Shown here piece by piece: positions 29,157-39,102 of a stretch of 64,000 nt of DNA. Every line of letters begins with the position of its first letter. Position 1 is the first letter of the stretch. Source of the DNA: Bacteroidales bacterium (GTDB lineage Bacteria > Bacteroidota > Bacteroidia > Bacteroidales > ML635J-15). The position numbers and the translations under genes were made by a program. The notes beneath the pieces were generated by a model. The model did not search any database. It had not been told where the DNA came from and was given only the letters and a program-made list of their open reading frames with translations. The DNA is taken from positions 633,342 through 697,341 of the forward strand of contig OY781043.1 in NCBI GenBank assembly GCA_963676165.1, read 5' to 3'.

Positions 29157-30520
29157 TGGCAAAATCCCGGACTGTCTATCTGTGCAGTGAGTGTGGTTAC
29201 GAATCTCCCAAATGGGTAGGTCAGTGTCCATCATGTCACTCATGGAATAGTTTTAAAGAGTTTCAGCATAGTACTTCTAAGAAGTCCGGGAAACAATCTG
29301 CATCTGCAAAACCTTCTCAAGCAGTAAAAATTAATGAAATTCAGGCCAGAGATTCTCAACGAATCCTATTTCCTTATGCCGAAGTAAACCGCGTTTTCGG
29401 ATCTGGCTTAGTCCCCGGAACCGTTGCGCTAATTGCTGGTGAACCTGGAATTGGCAAGTCAACTCTTCTCTTGCAATTATTGCTTAATACGACTGAAGTG
29501 AAAGCATTATACTGTTCGGGTGAAGAAAGCTTGCAGCAGGTAAAATTGCGTGCCGACCGAGTCGGAAAAAGTGAGTCGGATTGTTTATTTACTGATGAAA
29601 CAGAAGTGGATAAAATCATCCACTTAGCAAAAGAGTCTGAAGCCAGATTAGTGGTTGTCGATTCCATTCAAACGGCTTATTGTGGTGATTTAGACTCTGT
29701 TGCTGGGTCAATTACCCAAATTAGAGATTCTGCTGCTCGTATTATTCGATATGCAAAATCAAACGAAGTTTCATTTTTGTTAGTGGGGCACATTACAAAA
29801 GCTGGTAATATTGCGGGACCAATGATTTTAGAACACATGGTTGATGTTGTATTGCAGTTTGAAGGTGATCAAAATAATTTCTATCGGATTTTAAGATCCA
29901 GAAAAAATCGATTTGGTAGCACTCAGGAAATTGGAGTGTTTGAAATGCAACAAGAAGGATTACGTGAAGTCTCGAATCCTTCCGAAATATTTTTGTCTGG
30001 TGAAGCCGTTAGTTTAAGTGGAGTTGCTTTGGGTGCATCCGTGGAGGGAATTCGTCCTATGCTTATTGAAATGCAGGCTTTGGTGAGTTCCGCTGTGTAT
30101 GGAACCCCACAACGTACATCGACAGGCTACGATATTCGACGATTAAATATGTTACTTGCAGTTTTAGAGAAACGTGCAGGTTTTCGCTTGAACCAGAAAG
30201 ATGTTTTTGTCAATATTGTTGGAGGTTTGAAAATAACAGATCCTGGTATGGATTTGGCTTTGCTGGCAGCGATTTTATCTTCTGATCAAGACATCAGTAT
30301 TCCTGAAGGAACGGTGCTTTGTGGTGAAGTCGGATTGTCGGGAGAGGTGCGTTCTGTTAGTCGTATTGCTCAGCGAATTACCGAAGCAGACCGTTTGGGT
30401 TTTCGTCGCATGATTCTTCCGTATTCCGCAAAAAAAGAAAAACTCAATACGCAAAATATTAAGCTTTACTTTGTTAAAACAGTATCTGAAATGATGAAAG
30501 CCTTATTTAGAGAGGCATAA
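29156..30520 (+). CDS. radA: DNA repair protein RadA
   Basis: Zinc finger CSECGYESPKWVGQCPSC, Walker A GEPGIGKST, a KNRFG motif and a Lon-like C-terminus. Confidence 0.95.
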   Translation: MAKSRTVYLCSECGYESPKWVGQCPSCHSWNSFKEFQHSTSKKSGKQSASAKPSQAVKINEIQARDSQRILFPYAEVNRVFGSGLVPGTVALIAGEPGIGKSTLLLQLLLNTTEVKALYCSGEESLQQVKLRADRVGKSESDCLFTDETEVDKIIHLAKESEARLVVVDSIQTAYCGDLDSVAGSITQIRDSAARIIRYAKSNEVSFLLVGHITKAGNIAGPMILEHMVDVVLQFEGDQNNFYRILRSRKNRFGSTQEIGVFEMQQEGLREVSNPSEIFLSGEAVSLSGVALGASVEGIRPMLIEMQALVSSAVYGTPQRTSTGYDIRRLNMLLAVLEKRAGFRLNQKDVFVNIVGGLKITDPGMDLALLAAILSSDQDISIPEGTVLCGEVGLSGEVRSVSRIAQRITEADRLGFRRMILPYSAKKEKLNTQNIKLYFVKTVSEMMKALFREA

Positions 30521-30525
30521 TCATC

Positions 30526-32862
30526 TTACATAATCATTCCTGATTCATTTTGTTTCTCCCACTCATCACAATCAATTGTGACATTGAGCTTATCTGGTTT
30601 CTTAAACTTGTCTTCTTGAGTGTATGGTAAGTTCGGATCTGCATAAACCTTTTCCATGTATAACGCCCAAATGGGAAGCGCCATACTAGCACCTTGTCCA
30701 AGTGTAATTCCTCGGAAGTGAATACTACGTTCTTCGCCACCAACCCATGCTCCAGAAACCAGATTAGGGGCAATTCCCATAAACCAACCATCCGAATGAT
30801 TATTGGTCGTTCCTGTCTTACCTGCCAATTCAGCAGTAAAGTTGTAACGGTATCTCAGCCTGACACTAGTACCAAAATCTACAACTCCTTTCATTAATTC
30901 AATCATTAAATAGGCAGTTTGTTCATCGATTGCTTCATTTTGCACTGCTTGGAATTCTGCCAGCACATTGCCATTTTTGTCTTCAATGCGTGTGACAAAC
31001 AAAGGTCTTGAATGAATGCCTTGATTGGCAAAGCTAGTGTAAGCCCCAACCATTTCTTTCAGTGTAACTTCAGCTGCTCCTACACAAATGGAAGGATATG
31101 GATCGATATGACTGTTTACTCCCATGGCTTTAGCTACCTCAATAACGGCTTCAGGAGAAAACTGTTTCAATACCCATGCAGATATTTGATTTAAGGAACC
31201 TGCAAGCCCATATTTAAGACTTACCATTTCTCCTTCTTTTTTGTTGTCAGAATATTTTGGAGTGTAAAACTCAGGATCTTGTCCTTCTGGCATTTTAAAC
31301 GTAACTGGTATGTTTGGAACCTTATGACAAGGAGAATATCCATTTTGCATTGCCAATGTATAGATAAAAGGCTTAAATGTTGATCCAACCTGCCTGCGGG
31401 CCAAGGATGTCATATCGTACTTAAAATGCTTATAATCAATATCACCGACATAGGCTTTCACATAGCCTGTGTGAGGTTCCATGCTCATAAACCCTGCATG
31501 CAGGAAGTATTTGTAATAACGAATACTATCCATAGGGGACATGACAGTATCAATATCTCCATCCCAAGAGAAAACAGACATACGTACAGGAGTATTGAAC
31601 ATTATGTCAATGGAGTCTGCACTCATTCCTGCAGCCTTGTGGATTCTGTATCTTTCAGAGCGTGTTTTTGTTGCCTCATAAATAGCATCAATTTGTGATT
31701 TTGGCAGGTATGAATCAAAAGGGGCGTTCTTTTTCCCTCTTCTGTCTTTAAAGAATTCATCCTGAAGGAAATCTCCCATATGCTCAGTTACTGCTTCTTC
31801 TGCATAAGTTTGCATTCGGGAGTCTATGGTTGTGTAAATCTTCAATCCATCGCTATAAATATCGTAGTTGGTTCCATCAGCTTTGATGTTTTTGTTACAC
31901 CATCCATATGTTGGATCTGTTTCCCAGTTAATGGAATCTTCTACAAATTGACGAGGGTTCCATCTGTAATCACTACGAATCGGTTTACTGGCAGTTAGCC
32001 ATTGACGTAGAAACTCTCTGAAATAGGTTGCATGACCTAAGTTATGATCTACTTTTTGATATTTAATACCCAAAGGAAGTTCTTGTAGCGAGTCTTTTTG
32101 TGCTTTATCCAGATAGCCATACTTATGCATTTGTGCCAGAACTGTATTGCGTCTGGTTTTTGTTTGTTCAGGGAATCGTAGTGGATTATAGAGCGATGGG
32201 TTCTGAAGCATGCCGATAAGCATAGCAGATTGTTGAATGTTCAGAGAGTCTGGAGTTGTACTGAAATAAACACGAGATGCAGATTCTATACCTACCGCAA
32301 GATTTAAAAAATCAAAACGGTTTAAATACATGGTAATAATTTCTTCCTTCGTGTATGATTTTTCAAGTTTAACAGCAATGACCCATTCTCTAAGTTTTCG
32401 GTTAACCAGTTCACTTTTTGTTGTTAAATCTTCACGAGGGAAAATAAGCTTTGATAGTTGTTGGGAGATCGTTGACCCTCCTCCTTTAAGATTTCTGGTG
32501 ACAACTCCATAGGCAACACGACCTAAGGCTTTAAAGTCAATTCCGGAATGTTTTCTGAAGCGAATGTCTTCGGTTGAAATCAATGCATCAATCACATGGG
32601 GTGAAATTGAATCGTATTCAGTTTGTGTTCTGTTTTCATGAAAATATGTGCCTAAAAGCTCTTGGTCAGCAGATATAATCTGTGTTGCAAGGTTTGATTT
32701 AGGGTTTTCCAATTGCTCAAAACTTGGCATGAGTCCTTTTTTTCCATTTGCAATTGAAACAAAATAAAAAATTACGAATATCCACACCAGAGAAAAAATC
32801 CCCCAGAATATCCATTTAAAGCGGCGTTTGAAGCCTTTTGAGTATTGTCTTTTTTCCTTCAT
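30526..32862 (-). CDS. mrcA: class A penicillin-binding protein (transglycosylase/transpeptidase)
   Basis: GT51 motifs EDIRFRKHSGID and GGSTISQQLSK. Transpeptidase motifs STFKP and KTGT. Confidence 0.9.
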   Translation of the reverse strand: MKEKRQYSKGFKRRFKWIFWGIFSLVWIFVIFYFVSIANGKKGLMPSFEQLENPKSNLATQIISADQELLGTYFHENRTQTEYDSISPHVIDALISTEDIRFRKHSGIDFKALGRVAYGVVTRNLKGGGSTISQQLSKLIFPREDLTTKSELVNRKLREWVIAVKLEKSYTKEEIITMYLNRFDFLNLAVGIESASRVYFSTTPDSLNIQQSAMLIGMLQNPSLYNPLRFPEQTKTRRNTVLAQMHKYGYLDKAQKDSLQELPLGIKYQKVDHNLGHATYFREFLRQWLTASKPIRSDYRWNPRQFVEDSINWETDPTYGWCNKNIKADGTNYDIYSDGLKIYTTIDSRMQTYAEEAVTEHMGDFLQDEFFKDRRGKKNAPFDSYLPKSQIDAIYEATKTRSERYRIHKAAGMSADSIDIMFNTPVRMSVFSWDGDIDTVMSPMDSIRYYKYFLHAGFMSMEPHTGYVKAYVGDIDYKHFKYDMTSLARRQVGSTFKPFIYTLAMQNGYSPCHKVPNIPVTFKMPEGQDPEFYTPKYSDNKKEGEMVSLKYGLAGSLNQISAWVLKQFSPEAVIEVAKAMGVNSHIDPYPSICVGAAEVTLKEMVGAYTSFANQGIHSRPLFVTRIEDKNGNVLAEFQAVQNEAIDEQTAYLMIELMKGVVDFGTSVRLRYRYNFTAELAGKTGTTNNHSDGWFMGIAPNLVSGAWVGGEERSIHFRGITLGQGASMALPIWALYMEKVYADPNLPYTQEDKFKKPDKLNVTIDCDEWEKQNESGMIM

Positions 32863-32973
32863 TTTATACCGAAATCTTAGATTACTAAATTAAGTAAAAT
32901 GTTTTTTAATTTGAACAACCTGTTATATTTTCTTTTCTTTGTCAAAAATTTACCCGGGAAATTAAGATATCTT

Positions 32974-35265
32974 ATGGAAGAAAATTTGGTCATTGTCGAG
33001 TCACCAGCAAAAGCTCAAACAATAAAACGCTTTTTAGGGAAAGATTATTTGGTAAAGTCAAGTTTTGGTCATATTAGAGACTTGGCGAAGAAAAATTTTG
33101 GGATTGATATAGAAAACAATTATCAACCGAATTATGAAATTTCTCCTGACAAGAAAAAGATCACGGCAGAACTTAAAAAACTTGCAAAAGATGTTAAGTT
33201 TGTATGGTTGGCATCTGATGAGGACCGTGAAGGAGAAGCAATTGCTTGGCACTTGGCTGAAGTATTGAAACTAAAAAGAGAAAATACAAAACGTATTGTT
33301 TTTCATGAGATTACGAAGACGGCAATTCGAAATGCAGTTGAAAATCCTAGAGAAATTGATTATAATCTGGTGAATGCTCAGCAGGCGCGTCGTGTGCTTG
33401 ATCGACTTGTTGGTTTTAACTTATCCCCATTATTATGGAAAAAAATAAAACCATCCTTGTCTGCAGGTAGAGTGCAATCTGTTGCTGTGCGTTTGTTAGT
33501 TGAGCGTGAACGTGAAATCAATGATTATATTCCTGAGTATGCATACCGTTTGCAAGCTTTGTTTGAAACGGAAAAAGGAGATGCATTTGAAGCAGAATAT
33601 AGTATTCGTCCAAAAGATGAAGATGAAGCACGTGCTTTTTTGGAAGCCTTTATTAAGGCAAACTACAAGATTTCAGACATTCAGGTAAAACCAGGTAAAA
33701 AGTCTCCCTCACCACCATTTACTACATCAACTTTGCAACAAGAGGCAAGTAGAAAGCTCGGGTTTTCCGTGTCTCGTACAATGCAAGTTGCTCAGAAATT
33801 GTATGAAGCAGGGAAAATTACTTATATGCGTACCGATTCTGTGAATCTTTCCAATCTTGCCATCAATACGGCAAAGAAAATGATTGAAGAAGATTTTGGG
33901 AAAGAATACGCTAAAACACGTCAATACAAGTCGAAAGTTAAAGGTGCTCAAGAAGCGCATGAGGCTATTCGACCAACATACATAGATCAGCGCACTGTAG
34001 ATGGCACTGCTCAGGAAAAGAAATTGTATGAATTGATCTGGAAACGTACAGTAGCTTCACAAATGGCAAATGCACAAATCGAAAAAACACAGGTTAAAAT
34101 CGATGCGAGTCAGCCAAGTGGACATTTTGTTGCCCAAGGTGAAGTGATTAAATTTCCAGGTTTTCTCACCTTATACATAGAGTCAACTGATCATGATGAG
34201 CCTGAAACAGCTAAAGGAATGTTGCCAGTTCTCAAACAAGGTGAAAATTTGTCATACCGAAACATTCAGGCGATTCAAAAATTTACAAATCATCCACCTC
34301 GATATACTGAAGCGAGTTTAGTACGTAAACTGGAAGAATTGGGAATTGGTCGTCCGTCAACTTATGCGCCAACGATTTCAACAATTCAGCAAAGGGAGTA
34401 TGTTCAAAAAGGTGCTGATGAAAGTAAAAGTCGTCAGGTTATCCATTTGAAACTTGAATCAGATAAAATTGTCAGAAAAACGAAGCAAGAAAACTATGGT
34501 AGCGTAAAAGGAAAGTTAATTCCTACATCTCTAGGCATGGTTGTGAATGATTTTCTTCTTGAACATTTCAAAGAAATTATGGATTTCAATTTTACTGCGA
34601 AAGTTGAAAAGCAATTTGATGAAATTGCGATGGGTGATATGGAATGGACAAAAATGATTGATGAGTTTTACCACCCATTTATTGACAATTTGAAAAAAAT
34701 TGAAGAAACAAAGACCAATCGGTGGGAGAGAGTACTTGGAGAAGATCCGAAAACCGGGAAACCCGTAAGTGTAAAAATCGGACGTTATGGTCCATACGTT
34801 CAAATAGGAACGAAAGAGGAGGAAGAAAAACCACAATTTGCATCGTTGCGTAAAGAACACAATGTAGAGACAATTTCTCTCGATGAAGCGCTTGAGCTAT
34901 TTAAGTTGCCACGAAATATTGGAAATTACGAAGACAATGATGTTGTGATTGGAATCGGACGCTTTGGTCCTTATGTGCGTCATGCAAAGAAATTCTACAG
35001 TTTAAGTAAAACAGACGATCCTAATACAATCAATCTCGATAGAGCAATTGAAATAATTGAGGAAGGAAAAGAAAAAGAAAAGAAACGCGAAATTAAACGT
35101 TTCGACGAAGATAGTGATCTTGTTGTTTTAAATGGTCGTTATGGTCCATACATCGCATACAAAAAGAAAAACTATCGAATACCTAAGTCCAAAGTGCCTG
35201 AAGATTTGAGCTATGATGATTGCAAAGAAATCATAGAAAAGGCTGCTGCAAAAAAGAAAAAATAA
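32974..35265 (+). CDS. topA: DNA topoisomerase I
   Basis: LVIVESPAKA Toprim start, an active-site region ITYMRTDS and a C-terminal lysine-rich tail. The ATG is at 32974. Confidence 0.95.
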   Translation: MEENLVIVESPAKAQTIKRFLGKDYLVKSSFGHIRDLAKKNFGIDIENNYQPNYEISPDKKKITAELKKLAKDVKFVWLASDEDREGEAIAWHLAEVLKLKRENTKRIVFHEITKTAIRNAVENPREIDYNLVNAQQARRVLDRLVGFNLSPLLWKKIKPSLSAGRVQSVAVRLLVEREREINDYIPEYAYRLQALFETEKGDAFEAEYSIRPKDEDEARAFLEAFIKANYKISDIQVKPGKKSPSPPFTTSTLQQEASRKLGFSVSRTMQVAQKLYEAGKITYMRTDSVNLSNLAINTAKKMIEEDFGKEYAKTRQYKSKVKGAQEAHEAIRPTYIDQRTVDGTAQEKKLYELIWKRTVASQMANAQIEKTQVKIDASQPSGHFVAQGEVIKFPGFLTLYIESTDHDEPETAKGMLPVLKQGENLSYRNIQAIQKFTNHPPRYTEASLVRKLEELGIGRPSTYAPTISTIQQREYVQKGADESKSRQVIHLKLESDKIVRKTKQENYGSVKGKLIPTSLGMVVNDFLLEHFKEIMDFNFTAKVEKQFDEIAMGDMEWTKMIDEFYHPFIDNLKKIEETKTNRWERVLGEDPKTGKPVSVKIGRYGPYVQIGTKEEEEKPQFASLRKEHNVETISLDEALELFKLPRNIGNYEDNDVVIGIGRFGPYVRHAKKFYSLSKTDDPNTINLDRAIEIIEEGKEKEKKREIKRFDEDSDLVVLNGRYGPYIAYKKKNYRIPKSKVPEDLSYDDCKEIIEKAAAKKKK

Positions 35266-35282
35266 GCTCAGAGTGGCTTATT
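35261..35282 (+). terminator. weak hairpin overlapping the topA stop
   Basis: AATAAGC (35261-35267) pairs with GCTTATT (35276-35282). The T tail is poor. Confidence 0.35.
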
Positions 35283-35441
35283 TGACATAATAATATGATA
35301 AAAGTCATCGTTATCCTTTTCGGAAGAGGATGATTTTTATGCGATTCGTGAAAAATATGAAGTTTTTTGTTTTGTTGTCAAAAAAAAATTGTATTTTTCG
35401 CTGATATTTTGATCAGGTTCGTTCTTGATAAAAGTAGGTGG

Positions 35442-35483
35442 TTATTAACAATTTCCGACTTATTAACTAAAAATTGTTAATAA
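35442..35483. promoter_or_regulatory. 13-bp perfect inverted repeat upstream of porP
   Basis: TTATTAACAATTT (35442-35454) and AAATTGTTAATAA (35471-35483) are exact reverse complements separated by a 16-nt spacer. The right arm ends 6 nt before the -7 box. Confidence 0.35.
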
Positions 35484-35489
35484 AGCTTG

Positions 35490-35497
35490 TAAATTTG
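35490..35497 (+). promoter_or_regulatory. candidate -7 box TAAATTTG for the porP-gldKLMN operon
   Basis: Matches TAnnTTTG and lies 68 nt upstream of the ATG at 35565. Confidence 0.35.
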
Positions 35498-35564
35498 AGA
35501 TAAAATTATTTACTTTACGGTTCGAGCTGCATAATAAAGGGCTTGTAGAATTAACTATTTTGAT

Positions 35565-36515
35565 ATGAGGCGATTAACTCTAGCGATTATGATTTTGTTT
35601 GCAACTGTAGGGATTACATTTGCACAAAGTGATGCGCATTTTAGCTTATTTGAATTCAATACACTGAATTACAATCCGGGCTACGCGGGAAGTAACGATG
35701 CGATTTGCGTGAACTCTGTTCACCGTCAGCAATGGCTTGGTATGGAGGAAGGTAGACCACAAACAACTGTGTTTAGTTTCGATATGCCAATTGAAGCAAT
35801 TAGCAGTGGTGTCGGTTTGTCAGTTTTTCAGGAATCTATTGGTTATCAGAAAGATTTGAGTATAACTGGAACTTACGCTTATCGTTTAGAACTTGATTAT
35901 GGAACGTTAGGAATTGGTGTGAATTTTGGTCTTATTAGCCGTTCAATCAATGGTGACTGGGTTACTCCTGAATCACTAAACGGTGGTCAGGTGTATATTG
36001 ACCCTGTAATTCCTCATATGGATAGCAAAATGGTTTTTGATTTAGGTATTGGAGCATATTACCGTTACAATAATTTCTACGCTGGAATTTCAAGTCTTCA
36101 CATTACTGAGCCAGTTTTTAAATTCAATGGTACTGATGCAACAAAGAATCCTTACGTAAAAAGACATTTTTACTTTGTCGGTGGCTATATTTACCAATTG
36201 CCAAATCCTATGTTTGAAGTGAAACCTGCAGTTTTGGTTCAAACTGATTTTGCATCTGCTGAATTTAGTGTCAATGGGCAATTAATCTATAATAAGAAAT
36301 TCTGGGGCGGATTAACTTATCGTTACAACGATGCGATCGTTCCAATGTTAGGTATCCACTTGTTGAACGGAATCAGCGTGGGATACAGTTATGATGTTGA
36401 TTTGAGTAAACTCGCAGGATATGCCGGTGGTTCTCATGAAATTGTAGTTCGCTATTGTTTCAATGTGAGCGGTGGAGGCGGAGTTGGTCGTTATCGTAGT
36501 GTCAGAAGATTATAG
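35565..36515 (+). CDS. porP: T9SS membrane protein PorP/SprF family
   Basis: Signal peptide, then QSDAHFSLFEFNTLNYNPGYAG, the typical PorP/SprF N-terminus. 316 aa. It lies immediately upstream of gldK. Confidence 0.8.
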   Translation: MRRLTLAIMILFATVGITFAQSDAHFSLFEFNTLNYNPGYAGSNDAICVNSVHRQQWLGMEEGRPQTTVFSFDMPIEAISSGVGLSVFQESIGYQKDLSITGTYAYRLELDYGTLGIGVNFGLISRSINGDWVTPESLNGGQVYIDPVIPHMDSKMVFDLGIGAYYRYNNFYAGISSLHITEPVFKFNGTDATKNPYVKRHFYFVGGYIYQLPNPMFEVKPAVLVQTDFASAEFSVNGQLIYNKKFWGGLTYRYNDAIVPMLGIHLLNGISVGYSYDVDLSKLAGYAGGSHEIVVRYCFNVSGGGGVGRYRSVRRL

Positions 36516-36551
36516 TTATTTTAAATTAAGAGCTTACTAATACCACATATT

Positions 36552-38111
36552 ATGAAAAAATTAGTATTCATAGGATTTATTCTCGCCGTAGTGCTTTCGA
36601 GTTGCGGATATTATGGCAGTGGCGATCTCGTAGGAGTATCCAGAAAAACTTGGTACACTCCAGATCCTCATGGCATGTTGTTCGTTCCACCAGGGTCATA
36701 TAACATGGGTCCAAGTGATCAGGATGTTCCTAATGCAATGACTGCAACTGCCAAAACTGTTACTGTTCAAGGGTTTTGGATGGACGAGACAGAAATCACA
36801 AATGCTGAGTACAGACAATTTGTTTACTGGGTGCGTGACTCCCTTGCTTTGACTGTCTTAGCTGAAAATCCACCAGAAAGTTATGATTCTGAAGGAAGAG
36901 ACTTTTTTAGAGCATATGAAGATGATGACCCACAAGCATTGGTATTAGAAGCAATCGGGTACGATTCTTATAACTTTGATGGATATCGTTTGTTGGATTG
37001 GCAAGCTCGTATTGACTATACTGACCCACAAATCAAAGCGACTTTAATTGAGAACTCAAACCTTTATCTTAAACCTCCTCCAAAGGTATTTCATTACATG
37101 CGTCGAATTGACATCAATTCAAATGCACTGTATTTTGAATATTATTGGGTTGATTTGCAGCAAGCAGCTAAAAAACATGCTTTCCGTAAAGATGGTCGTC
37201 AAGTAGAACAAGATGTACAACGTACATTTGATCGTGAATCTGATGCAGGTATCCGTATCGGAAGACATTGGAATGCTGAAACTGAAGAGTATGAAGGTAC
37301 TATTAAAGATAGAGAAGAACTGAAACGTCGTCGTGAATGGGAAGACTTTGAAGACCGTGAAGTGGTTGATCAATTCTCCTATATTATGCATGAGCGTGTA
37401 CCAGTTTATCCTGATACATTGTGTTGGATGAGTGAATTTACTTACTCTTACAATGAGCCAATGACAAAAATGTATTTCTGGCATCCTGCATATGATTATT
37501 ATCCAGTTGTTGGTGTGACTTGGCAACAAGCTCGTGCTTTTGGACAATGGAGATCAATGCTTAAAAATTCTTACCAAAGAGATACCAGAGATTTTTATCT
37601 GAATGAATATCGTTTGCCTACCGAATCTGAATGGGAATATGCTTCTCGTGGTGGTTTAGATTTGCAAATGTATCCTTGGGGTGGTTTATATACCAGAAAT
37701 TACAGTGGTTGTTTCATCGCAAACTTCAAGCCTATGCGTGGTAATTACTACGATGATGGAGGTGTACAAACTCTTATGGTAGGTACTTATGATCCAAACG
37801 AATATGGATTGTATGATATGGCAGGAAATGTTGCTGAGTGGACACGTAATGCGTTTGAACCAGCAGCATATCGATATACTCACGATTTGAATCCTGATTA
37901 TCAGTATTATGCACACCCAGACGATCCACCAGTATTGAAACGTAAAGTTGTTAGAGGTGGTAGCTGGAAAGATGTGGCATATTACATGCAGAATGGTACT
38001 CGTACTTACGAATATCAAGATTCCTCGAAATCATATATCGGTTTCCGTAATGTAAGAACTTATTTAGGCCGTCACCGTGCTGATGGCGTATCATATTCAC
38101 AGGTTTATTAA
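36552..38111 (+). CDS. gldK: gliding motility/T9SS lipoprotein GldK (PorK)
   Basis: Lipobox (VLSSC) and FGE-sulfatase-like motifs MDETEITNAEYRQF, RLPTESEWEYASRGG, GNVAEWT and VRGGSW. Confidence 0.9.
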   Translation: MKKLVFIGFILAVVLSSCGYYGSGDLVGVSRKTWYTPDPHGMLFVPPGSYNMGPSDQDVPNAMTATAKTVTVQGFWMDETEITNAEYRQFVYWVRDSLALTVLAENPPESYDSEGRDFFRAYEDDDPQALVLEAIGYDSYNFDGYRLLDWQARIDYTDPQIKATLIENSNLYLKPPPKVFHYMRRIDINSNALYFEYYWVDLQQAAKKHAFRKDGRQVEQDVQRTFDRESDAGIRIGRHWNAETEEYEGTIKDREELKRRREWEDFEDREVVDQFSYIMHERVPVYPDTLCWMSEFTYSYNEPMTKMYFWHPAYDYYPVVGVTWQQARAFGQWRSMLKNSYQRDTRDFYLNEYRLPTESEWEYASRGGLDLQMYPWGGLYTRNYSGCFIANFKPMRGNYYDDGGVQTLMVGTYDPNEYGLYDMAGNVAEWTRNAFEPAAYRYTHDLNPDYQYYAHPDDPPVLKRKVVRGGSWKDVAYYMQNGTRTYEYQDSSKSYIGFRNVRTYLGRHRADGVSYSQVY

Positions 38112-38141
38112 TTTAAGGATTAACACAAAAACATCGCAACT

Positions 38142-39068
38142 ATGAAATTTTCAGAATTAGTAAAGAGTAGCAAGTACAAAAGAGCAATTGGCTTTATCTA
38201 TGGTATGGGGGCATCTGTCGTACTTGTTGGAGCATTGTTTAAAATTGAGCACTTACCTGGTGCAAGTATTATGCTTATGGTAGGTTTGTTGACAGAGGCT
38301 GTTATTTTTGCAATTTCTGCATTTGAGCCACCTCACGAAGAATATGATTGGAGTCTTGTTTATCCTGAATTAGCAGGTATTGATGAATCCATTGAAATTG
38401 ATGATAAATCTTCTGTTATTGCATCAAAAAAATCAGCGCTTGAGAAATTTGATGCTATGATTGAATCTGCTGAAATTACACCTGAATTGTTTGATAAGTT
38501 AGGTCACGGTCTTCAAAATATGAGCCAGACTGTTGAAAAACTTGCTGATGTATCAAGTGCAACTGCAGCAACAAATAATTATGTCGCTAACTTTGAAAAA
38601 GCTTCAGAAAAAGTCAATGAATTTGCTGATTCTTACGGACAATCAGCTACTAAATTGAATCAGTCTGCTGAACGTTTGTCTGAAACTTATGGAAGCTCTG
38701 CTGACGTGGTTGGTAAATCTGGTCAAGAGCTTGCAGATGCTTACAATAAGTTGACAAAATCAATGAATGATGAGTTTGAAAAAACTGCTGGAAATACTAA
38801 TACATATGGTGAGCAGTTAGAAAGCATGACTAAAAACCTAACAGCACTCAATGCTGCTTATGAACTTCAGTTAAAAGGTACCAACGATCATCTTGAAAAA
38901 ACAAAAGATCTTTATGGTGGCTTGAATGATGTTATGAGCGACTTGCATGATACTGTGGAAGACACTAAACGTTTCCGTGAAGAAGTGTCTAAACTCGGTA
39001 ACAATCTGGCTGCAATGAATACCGTTTATGGTAATATGTTGTCTGCTATGAATGTGAAGCAAGATTAA
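38142..39068 (+). CDS. gldL: gliding motility/T9SS protein GldL (PorL)
   Basis: N-terminal two-TM region IYGMGASVVLVGALFKIEHLPGA...LLTEAVIFAISAFEPP, typical of GldL, followed by a coiled-coil-like C-terminus. Confidence 0.85.
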   Translation: MKFSELVKSSKYKRAIGFIYGMGASVVLVGALFKIEHLPGASIMLMVGLLTEAVIFAISAFEPPHEEYDWSLVYPELAGIDESIEIDDKSSVIASKKSALEKFDAMIESAEITPELFDKLGHGLQNMSQTVEKLADVSSATAATNNYVANFEKASEKVNEFADSYGQSATKLNQSAERLSETYGSSADVVGKSGQELADAYNKLTKSMNDEFEKTAGNTNTYGEQLESMTKNLTALNAAYELQLKGTNDHLEKTKDLYGGLNDVMSDLHDTVEDTKRFREEVSKLGNNLAAMNTVYGNMLSAMNVKQD

Positions 39069-39102
39069 TTCATTGAATGTTAACTGTATAAAATTTTAGA
39101 TT

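Noticed and set aside
37119-38018. Antisense ORFs of 142 aa and 110 aa inside gldK. Similar antisense ORFs lie at 39277-39699 and 39609-39824 (gldM), 9450-9866, 56224-56607, 34531-34860 and 43956-44279.
   Set aside because: Each lies fully inside a well-supported gene on the opposite strand. Their compositions are low-complexity and Ile/Phe/Cys-rich with no recognisable motifs. Long antisense ORFs of this kind are expected in AT-rich, codon-biased DNA.
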